A stretch of DNA of 18,954 nt from Erysipelotrichaceae bacterium (GTDB lineage Bacteria > Bacillota_I > Bacilli_A > Erysipelotrichales > Erysipelotrichaceae): the NCBI GenBank assembly GCA_963586925.1, contig CAVAAT010000042.1, positions 35,335 through 54,288 of the forward strand. The letters run 5' to 3'. Positions 9,159 through 15,715 of this stretch are shown here, one piece after another. The translations under genes were made by a program, and so were the position numbers. Positions within the stretch are counted from its first letter, which is position 1. Each line of letters begins with the position of its first letter. Below the pieces are notes generated by a model, which was not told where the DNA came from, did not search any database, and worked only from the letters and a program-made list of their open reading frames with translations.

Positions 9159-9742
9159 GAATAGATACATCACATCTTTATTTAGTGATCTCCTTGATGG
9201 ATGAACAAAAGACTATTGAGTCATATATTGAACCATGTTTAAAACAACAGTCAGAATACTTGATACCTAAGCTTGATGAATTGTTGAAGAAACATGATCT
9301 AAGTGTTGATGATGTTGAACAATATGTCATCACTGTTGGACCTGGCTCTTATACAGGAGTAAGAATAGCTATGACTCTAGCAAAAGTCATGGGCTCTATT
9401 GTTGGTAAAAAGATCTATACTTTATCAACTTTACAATTATATGCTGGTAAGAAAGATGCTTTTGTCTTGATCGATGCTAGAGCGGATCGTTGCTATGTTG
9501 GTAGATATAAAGATGGTAAAGCTTTATATGATGATAAGATCATGACTAATGAAGAAGTAGCAACACATTTAAATGATGATGTTACTTTAGTTGGTGATCT
9601 GCATTTGTTTGACAAGGAAGATGATTATGCAGGACTTGCTGATAATTTCTTCCAATTAAAAGATGAGTGGAAACTATTAGATAATGTGGATATATTAACT
9701 CCAGTTTATCTAAAGAGTGATAAGGAGTATCTAAAGAAATGA
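9146..9742 (+). CDS. tsaB: tRNA t6A37 biosynthesis protein TsaB (YeaZ/YdiC)
   Basis: GIDTS... and VGPGSYTGVRIAMT, the ASKHA-fold YeaZ signature. It overlaps tsaE by 13 nt. Confidence 0.88.
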   Translation: MYTVGIDTSHLYLVISLMDEQKTIESYIEPCLKQQSEYLIPKLDELLKKHDLSVDDVEQYVITVGPGSYTGVRIAMTLAKVMGSIVGKKIYTLSTLQLYAGKKDAFVLIDARADRCYVGRYKDGKALYDDKIMTNEEVATHLNDDVTLVGDLHLFDKEDDYAGLADNFFQLKDEWKLLDNVDILTPVYLKSDKEYLKK

Positions 9743-10179
9743 TACGAGAAATGACTGAAGAGGACTTAGAAACTGTCTTGGAGATTGAAAATGATAGCTT
9801 CTTTACTCCTTGGAGTAAACAACAGTATCTTTATGAATTAAATGAGAATCCTTATTCAAATCTATATGTGTATATTGTTGATGATAAGATCGTTGGCTAT
9901 TGTGATCTATGGCTGATATTTGAGCATGCTGAGATCGCTACTATCGCTGTTAGTAAAGATCATCGTAAACAGCATATTGGTCAAAAACTTATGGAACTAA
10001 TAGAGGAAAAAGCGATAGAAAATGGTTGCGAGACGATCTCTTTAGAAGTTAGAGTCTCTAATCAACCAGCTATAGATCTTTATAGTAAATGTGGATTTAT
10101 CAAGGTAAATACAAAGAAATCATATTATCAGACCAGTGATGGATATGAAGATGGTTATTTTATGATGAAAGGAATATAA
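9739..10179 (+). CDS. rimI: Ribosomal-protein-alanine N-acetyltransferase RimI (GNAT)
   Basis: 146-aa GNAT with IAVSKDHRKQHIGQKLME (acetyl-CoA loop). It sits in the conserved position between tsaB and tsaD, with an ATGA overlap with tsaB. Confidence 0.85.
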   Translation: MIREMTEEDLETVLEIENDSFFTPWSKQQYLYELNENPYSNLYVYIVDDKIVGYCDLWLIFEHAEIATIAVSKDHRKQHIGQKLMELIEEKAIENGCETISLEVRVSNQPAIDLYSKCGFIKVNTKKSYYQTSDGYEDGYFMMKGI

Positions 10180-10180
10180 G

Positions 10181-11203
10181 ATGAAAGATGTTATTATTTT
10201 AGCAATCGAATCAAGCTGTGATGAGACTGCTTGTGCAATAGTTAAAAATGGTAAAGAAATATTAGCTAATAAAGTTGCCACTCAGATCGATGTGCATACT
10301 TTATATGGAGGAGTAGTACCAGAGATTGCTAGTAGGATCCATGTAGAGAATATTTCTATCATCATTAAAGAAGCTTTGAAAGAAGCAAATATGAAGGTTG
10401 AAGATGTTGATGCTATTGCCTTCACTCAAGGTCCTGGACTTATTGGATCTTTACATGTTGGAGTATTAGCTGCTAAGACATTAGCTTGGGCTTATAATAA
10501 GCCATTAGTACCTGTCCATCATTTAAGTGGACATATCTACGCTAATGCCTTTGTTGATGATCTAAAGTTCCCGCTATTAGCATTAGTTGTCAGTGGTGGA
10601 CATTCAGAGTTAGTTTATATGAGAGAAGATTATGATTTTGAAGTCATTGGCTCAACTTTAGATGATGCAATTGGTGAAGCTTATGATAAAGTAGGTAGAG
10701 TACTTAACTTACCTTATCCTGGTGGACCTAAGATCGATAAACTAGCAAAAGAAGGGAAAAATGTTTATAAATTACCTAAACCAAAGGTAGATAGTCCACT
10801 TGATTTCTCATTTAGTGGTTTAAAGAGTGCGATCATGCAATCGATCAACAGGATTGAAAAGAGTGGACAAGAAGTAAATATTGCTGATATGTGTTGCTCT
10901 TTCCAAGAAACAGCTTTATCTGCTTTGTGGGATAGAGTAGAGTATGCTTTAAAGTTATATGATGTCAAACAAGTGGTATTAGCAGGAGGAGTTGCTGCTA
11001 ATAGTAGATTAAGAGCGATAGTAACTGAGAGAATGAGCAAAGATCATCCTGATGTATCTTATATCATTCCACCATTAAAGTGTTGCACAGATAATGCCGC
11101 AATGATCGGAGCAAGTGGCTATATTGCTTATCAAAAGGGAATAAGAGCCGATTATTCAGTAGGTGCTAAAGCATCTATGGATTTAGAAAATCATCATGAA
11201 TAG
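10181..11203 (+). CDS. tsaD: tRNA N6-adenosine threonylcarbamoyltransferase TsaD (Kae1/Gcp/YgjD)
   Basis: ILAIESSCDETA..., VHHLSGHIYA (metal-binding HxxxH), VVSGGHSEL, GGVAAN. This is the unmistakable Kae1/TsaD family. Confidence 0.95.
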   Translation: MKDVIILAIESSCDETACAIVKNGKEILANKVATQIDVHTLYGGVVPEIASRIHVENISIIIKEALKEANMKVEDVDAIAFTQGPGLIGSLHVGVLAAKTLAWAYNKPLVPVHHLSGHIYANAFVDDLKFPLLALVVSGGHSELVYMREDYDFEVIGSTLDDAIGEAYDKVGRVLNLPYPGGPKIDKLAKEGKNVYKLPKPKVDSPLDFSFSGLKSAIMQSINRIEKSGQEVNIADMCCSFQETALSALWDRVEYALKLYDVKQVVLAGGVAANSRLRAIVTERMSKDHPDVSYIIPPLKCCTDNAAMIGASGYIAYQKGIRADYSVGAKASMDLENHHE

Positions 11204-11208
11204 TTAAT

Positions 11209-11235
11209 AAAGTGACCGTAAGGCCACTTTATTTG
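11209..11235 (+). terminator. Probable rho-independent terminator of the t6A operon
   Basis: AAAGTGACC (11209-11217) and GGCCACTTT (11222-11230) form a 9-bp stem with one A/C mismatch and a GTAA loop. The stem is followed by an interrupted T-tract. Confidence 0.5.
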
Positions 11236-11257
11236 ATCTACATTGTAAATTTTTAAG

Positions 11258-12108
11258 TTGTGGTTATTTGATGATAAAGGATTTTTTTAGAAGCAAAAAG
11301 TCAAGTGACACTAATTACTCGTCCACGTCGTTTTGGTAAGACTTTGAATGTGTCTATGATGGCAGCGTTTTTTGATATCACTAAAGATTCCAAAAATCTT
11401 TTTAAGGGTACTAAGATCATGGATACACCTTATGCTAGTGAAATGAATCAATATCCAACGATCTATATTACTTTCGCAGATGCAAAAGGTGACAAGTTTT
11501 CTGTTATTTCAGCTATAAAAGATCAACTACTTAATGAGGGGATTATTAGTAAATGCTGGCTATCTTACAGTTAAAGAAATAATTGATAGTTTTAATGATA
11601 TATATTGCTTGAAAATACCGAATTTAGAGGTGAGAAAAGAATTTATTAATCTTACGGAATACCAATTAGGTTTAAATTTTGGAAAACTGTATAGTGTTGT
11701 AAGTAAATTGATCGATGAAAAACCGGATGAATTTTTAGAACAATATAAGGACATCTTGATGCTACCATCTTATTACGATCTAACCAGTGAAAATAGTTAT
11801 CATATGTTGATGTTAGGAATGTGCTTATGTTTCTCTGATCGTTATGAAGTTATAAGCAATCGTGGGGTTGTGGTAAGGGTAGAAATGATATAATATTAAA
11901 AGCAAATGATGAAAAGAAAACATCATTTGTTATTGAATTCAAATACTTAAAAGAAGACAAAAATGATATTCAGCAAGAATTAGATGAACTAGCAAAACTA
12001 GCGGTTGAACAAATAAAAGAGATGCATTATGATCAAGAGCTTAAAGGTAAGATAGTTTACGTAGGACTTGCTCATCATAGCAAAGATGTAGCTATGAAAT
12101 GGGATTAA
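11258..12108 (+). pseudogene. Decayed AAA-ATPase-like / PD-(D/E)XK nuclease (PDDEXK_9-type) gene
   Basis: Homology runs across three frames. LFDDKGFF (about 11264-11287, a third frame) is followed by FLEAKSQVTLITRPRRFGKTLNVSMM (frame 1, the family P-loop-like motif). Next comes LLVNAGYLTV...ENSYHMLMLGMC...YEVISNR (frame 2, 11534-11870), then GKGRNDIILKANDEKKTSFVIEFKYLKED...VGLAHHSKDV (frame 1, 11872-12108, the nuclease core). The start codon and N-terminus are missing, and most of the central ATPase region is absent. Confidence 0.8.
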
Positions 12109-12284
12109 TACAAAAAAGAGGTCAAAATTTATTATATTGGTCTATATTTAGTAAAGTTTGTCGAACGTACATATTGATCTTACTCATCAAGTGATGAGCA
12201 TAACATCGCTTGAATAGGTGATTATATTTGGTAGTCCTTAATATAGTTACCTATTTAAGCAAGAGGATTACCACCTAAATAGTA

Positions 12285-12312
12285 AAAGGGATGATCTAAT
12301 GGTCGTCTTTTT
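12285..12312 (+). terminator. Orphan rho-independent terminator-like hairpin in the non-coding gap
   Basis: GATGATC (12290-12296) pairs with GGTCGTC (12301-12307), with two G-U wobbles and a TAAT loop. It is flanked by an A-tract (12284-12287) and TTTTT (12308-12312). No CDS ends nearby. Confidence 0.5.
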
Positions 12313-12389
12313 AGTTGAAGCAAAATTAATCAAGGTTTTTATTGATCAAATAAAAAGTGTTATCGGATTCACAAGAAAGTAATATTATT

Positions 12390-12470
12390 GAGGGCAGTCA
12401 CCATCTATGTAATAGAGACAGTTCACATATAGGCAATCTTTCGAGGGCAGCGTTCCACCGATTCTTTATG
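12390..12470 (+). repeat. Degenerate three-copy direct repeat (GAGrgCAG..TCAC[C]AT.TAT)
   Basis: GAGGGCAGTCACCATCTAT at 12390, GAGACAGTTCACATATAG at 12414 and GAGGGCAGCGTTCCACCGATTCTTTAT at 12443. The octamer GAGGGCAG is exact in copies 1 and 3. Confidence 0.35.
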
Positions 12471-12558
12471 CGTAACAAAATTTAATTCTTATTTGTTAAA
12501 AATAAAATGTCTGTTAAGACACTATTAGTGAAATGTTGAAGATTTTGTCACTGTTTTG

Positions 12559-12567
12559 TGTTAGAAT
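12559..12567 (+). promoter_or_regulatory. Candidate extended -10 promoter (TGtTAGAAT) placed for a leaderless transcript
   Basis: TGTTAGAAT ends 6 nt before ATG 12574. There is no Shine-Dalgarno sequence, and an in-frame TAG at 12562 excludes any upstream start. Confidence 0.3.
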
Positions 12568-12573
12568 ATAAAT

Positions 12574-13281
12574 ATGGATGAAAAGAAGATTAGAGTAAAA
12601 CCTTTTAATACAGCTTGGTGGGTCATTTTTATTTGCCAATTTTTGTTAGTCTTTTTTTTGAAGTTTATCTTTAGGAATAGCTCATATGATGAGATATATA
12701 AGTTCATGACGGAGTTTAGTATTTTTAATTTAGTATATTTGGTCATTTATAAATTTACTTTGTCTAAGACTAAAGATTTTGATTTTAATTTTTGGAATGA
12801 ATTGCCTTTTTATCTTTGTAATATTGGTTCAATATTTGCTTATTTAGCTTTGAGATTTAATGATAATACGATGATGGGCTTTTGTTATTGTGTTGGAACA
12901 GTTGGTGCTTTGATGGGTTATTTTATGCCTTGTGAGAAGTTTATCAATGCTCCTTTATTTTCTACAAAGATCATTGGTTTTTATGGTTATCATGGTTTAC
13001 TTATCGTGATCAATCTTTCTTTTAGGACTTTAGGTATTTATCAGCCAAGCATTAATGATCTAATGGGTATCATCTATCTTTGCATCATCGTTGTTTTTGT
13101 TGCTCATATTATTAACGCGATATTGCGTCATACGATCTATCCTGAGGCTAATTATATATTTACTTATGAACCTACAAATGCTGTACTAGCGAAGGTGTAT
13201 AAGATCTGTCCCATAAAGTGTATTTATTTATATTTACTACTTCCAGTAGTGGCAATTTTGTTCTTAGTAATGTGCATTTAA
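12574..13281 (+). CDS. Multi-pass integral membrane protein of unknown function (tentatively YwaF/TIGR02206-like)
   Basis: 235 aa with about 7 hydrophobic segments. The ELPFYLCNIGS motif resembles the LPLhLC motif I associate with the YwaF/TMEM164 family. That family assignment comes from memory only. Confidence 0.6.
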   Translation: MDEKKIRVKPFNTAWWVIFICQFLLVFFLKFIFRNSSYDEIYKFMTEFSIFNLVYLVIYKFTLSKTKDFDFNFWNELPFYLCNIGSIFAYLALRFNDNTMMGFCYCVGTVGALMGYFMPCEKFINAPLFSTKIIGFYGYHGLLIVINLSFRTLGIYQPSINDLMGIIYLCIIVVFVAHIINAILRHTIYPEANYIFTYEPTNAVLAKVYKICPIKCIYLYLLLPVVAILFLVMCI

Positions 13282-13340
13282 AGTTTTTTTACATTTTTTT
13301 ACCTGAATAAATTAAAAAACTGTTATTTTTAACAAATTTG

Positions 13341-13349
13341 TGTTATATT
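13341..13349 (+). promoter_or_regulatory. Candidate extended -10 promoter for rex (TGtTATATT)
   Basis: TGTTATATT lies 14-20 nt upstream of the possible rex start codons and is overlapped by AT-rich palindromes (13321-13341). Confidence 0.3.
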
Positions 13350-13368
13350 TTTTGTTGTGGTGATGAAA

Positions 13369-14004
13369 ATGCAAGAAGGAAAGATCGTTCCAAAGGCAAC
13401 GATGCAGAGATATCCGATATATCTTAAAGCTTTAAGAAAATTAGCTTCATGTGATAGAGATAGAGTTTTATCAAGTGAATTGAGTGAACTAGTCAATATC
13501 GCTTCAACTACGATCAGAAGAGATCTTTCATTTATTGGTTGCTTAGGTAAACAAGGCTATGGTTATGATGTTGATAAACTCATCAAGACGTTCAATGAAG
13601 TTTTAGGTACAGGTTTTGATGAAAAGATCGTGCTTATCGGAGTTGGTAATTTGGGACAAGCATTATTGAATTACAACCGTTGGGCTTATGTAGTAGGCGA
13701 GATCGTTATGGCGTTTGATATCAGAAAAGATCTTATCGGTACAGAAGTCAAAGGTATTCCAGTATATGATATTGCCGAACTTGAACAACGTATACCTAAG
13801 GATTGTCGTATCGCTATTGTAGCTATCAGTACTAATGCTCAGGAAGTGGTAGAAAGATTACATAAGTGTGGTGTTATTGGTTTGATTGATTTCACCCATA
13901 CTCATATACAGACACCAAAAGGCATGATCATCAAGACAGTAGATATCGTAACAAATATCCAAGAATTAGTATTTGAAACAAATACATTAAAGAAATTTCA
14001 ATAG
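13369..14004 (+). CDS. rex: Redox-sensing transcriptional repressor Rex
   Basis: IPKATMQRYPIYLKALRKL, SSELSELVNIASTTIRRDLSFIG..GKQGYGYDV (winged helix) and IVLIGVGNLGQALLNY (Rossmann GxGxxG) together are diagnostic of Rex. The start is uncertain: GTG 13357, ATG 13363 or ATG 13369. 13369 has GGTGA 5 nt upstream. Confidence 0.9.
   Translation: MQEGKIVPKATMQRYPIYLKALRKLASCDRDRVLSSELSELVNIASTTIRRDLSFIGCLGKQGYGYDVDKLIKTFNEVLGTGFDEKIVLIGVGNLGQALLNYNRWAYVVGEIVMAFDIRKDLIGTEVKGIPVYDIAELEQRIPKDCRIAIVAISTNAQEVVERLHKCGVIGLIDFTHTHIQTPKGMIIKTVDIVTNIQELVFETNTLKKFQ
13973..14002 (+). promoter_or_regulatory. Candidate promoter for the asnS T-box leader, embedded in the 3' end of rex
   Basis: TTGAAA (13973-13978), then 18 nt, then TTCAAT (13997-14002). 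The predicted start near 14009 is just 5' of the Stem I base helix (14013). Confidence 0.3.
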
Positions 14005-14012
14005 GCATTGAA

Positions 14013-14217
14013 CAAAGAACAGATCATTTGAAATATCTTACAGAGAAAGCCGGTCGCTGAGAAGGCTAGATGAGTAAAATGAAATGGAACACTTTGCGAG
14101 CTGGATCGGAGAAATTAGAGTAGACGATCCCGTGATCTAAGCGTTAATTGAATAAAGAACCAATTAGGATGGTACCGCGGTAATTTACGCTCCTTACAAT
14201 AGGGGCGTTTTATTTTA
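14013..14217 (+). promoter_or_regulatory. T-box riboswitch leader with Asn (AAC) specifier, controlling asnS
   Basis: Stem I has the AG bulge AGAGA (14042-14046), a distal loop GGTCGCTGAGAA (14052-14063) closed by AGCC/GGCT, and a base helix CAAAG (14013-17)/CTTTG (14092-96). AAC then A (14088-14091) lies immediately 5' of that helix. Also present are a GGATCG/CGATCC stem (14103-14130), the F-box GCGTTA (14141-46), and the T-box AATTAGGATGGTACCGCG (14162-14179). The terminator is ACGCTCCT/AGGGGCGT followed by TTTTATTTT (14187-14217). Confidence 0.9.
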
Positions 14218-14237
14218 TATTAAAGGAGAGAAGATTT

Positions 14238-15620
14238 ATGTTTGAATTTATGACGATCAGAGAATTATTCGACTTAGTTAAGACTAACAATATCTTAGAG
14301 ACTGATAGCCTTGAATATGTCCAATTAGAAGGATGGATCAGAACTAACCGTTTCAATGGTTCAGTAGGTTTCATTGAATTAAATGATGGAACATTCTTTA
14401 AGAACTGCCAATTAGTCTATACAAAAGAATTAGCTAATTTCTTAGAGCTCAGTAAGTGTCTTACAGGTACAGCTTTAACTGTCATTGGTAAGTTTAAACT
14501 TACTCCTGAGAACAAACAACCATTTGAGTTAGAGTTAACAGAAGCAGTCATCGATGCTACTTGCAGTAGTGATTATCCATTACAAAAGAAGAGACATTCA
14601 TTTGAATATCTTCGTGAACTTGCTCATTTAAGACCAAGGACTAACACTTTCAGTGCTGTTTTCAGAGTAAGAAGTAACTTAGCTATGGCAATCCATGAAT
14701 TCTTACAAGATCAAGGCTTTGTTTATGTTCAAACTCCGATCATCACAGGTAATGATGCTGAAGGAGCAGGAGAAGTATTTACAGTAACAACTCGTCAAGA
14801 TGATAAGTATGATGAAGATTTCTTTGGCAAGAGAGCCTCTCTTACCGTTTCAGGTCAATTACATGTTGAAGCATATGCCTTAGCTTTCAGAGATGTTTAT
14901 ACTTTTGGTCCAGCATTTAGAGCTGAAGAGTCAAATACTAAGAAACACGCTAATGAGTTCTGGATGTGTGAACCTGAGATCGCTTTTGCTGATCTAGATG
15001 ATGATATGAACTTAATGGAAGATATGGTCAAATCTTGTATTCAATACATCTTTGATAACTGTCCAGAAGAAATGGAATTCTTCAACAATATGATCGATAA
15101 GGATCATACATTGATCGAAAGATTAAAGAAAGTGTTGGAGACACCATTTGCTCGTATCAATTATGCTGATGCTTTAGAAGAATTGAAAGAAAACGAAGCT
15201 AACTTTGAAAACAAAGTATTTTGGGGCATGGATATCCAAACTGAACATGAAAAGTATCTGACAGAAAAACATGGACCAGTCTTTGTCATGAACTATCCTA
15301 AGGAAAGCAAAGCATTCTATATGCGTTTAAATGATGACAATAAGACAGTAGCTGCTACTGATTTGTTAATGCCAGTTGTTGGAGAATTATGTGGTGGTTC
15401 TCAAAGAGAAGAAAGATATGATGTCTTATCTCAAAGAATGGATGAGATGCATGTTGCTAAGAAGTCATTACAGTGGTATCTAGACTTACGTAAATATGGT
15501 TGTTGCCAACATGCTGGTTTCGGTATTGGATTTGAAAGACTATTAATGTATATCACTTCAATGGAGAATATCAGAGACGTATTGTCTTATCCAAGAACAC
15601 CAAATAACTTAGAATTCTAG
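14238..15620 (+). CDS. asnS: Asparagine--tRNA ligase (class IIb)
   Basis: [27 protein letters not shown] (motif 2 region), GGSQREER and GFGIGFERL (motif 3) are typical of AsnRS. RBS AAGGAGAG is present, and the upstream T-box carries an Asn codon. Confidence 0.93.
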   Translation: MFEFMTIRELFDLVKTNNILETDSLEYVQLEGWIRTNRFNGSVGFIELNDGTFFKNCQLVYTKELANFLELSKCLTGTALTVIGKFKLTPENKQPFELELTEAVIDATCSSDYPLQKKRHSFEYLRELAHLRPRTNTFSAVFRVRSNLAMAIHEFLQDQGFVYVQTPIITGNDAEGAGEVFTVTTRQDDKYDEDFFGKRASLTVSGQLHVEAYALAFRDVYTFGPAFRAEESNTKKHANEFWMCEPEIAFADLDDDMNLMEDMVKSCIQYIFDNCPEEMEFFNNMIDKDHTLIERLKKVLETPFARINYADALEELKENEANFENKVFWGMDIQTEHEKYLTEKHGPVFVMNYPKESKAFYMRLNDDNKTVAATDLLMPVVGELCGGSQREERYDVLSQRMDEMHVAKKSLQWYLDLRKYGCCQHAGFGIGFERLLMYITSMENIRDVLSYPRTPNNLEF

Positions 15621-15622
15621 TC

Positions 15623-15664
15623 AATATTCGAAGGGTTTTATGCTCTTCGAATATTTTCTTTTTT
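15623..15664 (+). terminator. Strong rho-independent terminator after asnS
   Basis: AATATTCGAAG (15623-15633) pairs perfectly with CTTCGAATATT (15645-15655). The stem is followed by TTTCTTTTTT. Confidence 0.85.
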
Positions 15665-15715
15665 ACTTTTTTTAGTTTGATATTATAATATATTTATATA
15701 TGGAGGCTATTTACT

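Noticed and set aside
10765-11040. 91-aa ORF on the minus strand
   Set aside because: It is antisense inside tsaD, whose + strand frame carries unmistakable conserved motifs.
11560-11754. 64-aa ORF on the minus strand
   Set aside because: It is antisense to a fragment of the AAA/PDDEXK pseudogene. The + strand frame carries the family homology.
11305-11893. Two overlapping + strand ORFs (11305-11574 and 11534-11893) as independent genes
   Set aside because: Both are pieces of one protein family, the N-terminal RPRRFGKT region and the C-terminal AGYLT...SNR region. The homology continues in a third frame to 12108. They are best read as pseudogene fragments.
12561-12746. 61-aa ORF on the minus strand
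   Set aside because: It overlaps the 5' end of the + strand membrane-protein gene and would run into that gene's promoter region. It has no RBS or motif.
13320-13341. AT-rich palindromes upstream of rex (CTGTTAT-TT-TTAACAA and ACAAATTTGT) as a Rex operator
   Set aside because: The half-sites resemble the clostridial TTGTTAA/TTAACAA consensus, but the spacer is 2 nt instead of the canonical 4 nt. Such palindromes also arise easily in AT-rich promoters. They may still bind a regulator, but I cannot support calling this a Rex box.
14008-14036. Promoter TTGAAC-17-AAATAT immediately upstream of the T-box
   Set aside because: It would start transcription near 14043, inside Stem I and downstream of the base helix at 14013-14017. 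That would delete the 5' strand of the specifier domain.
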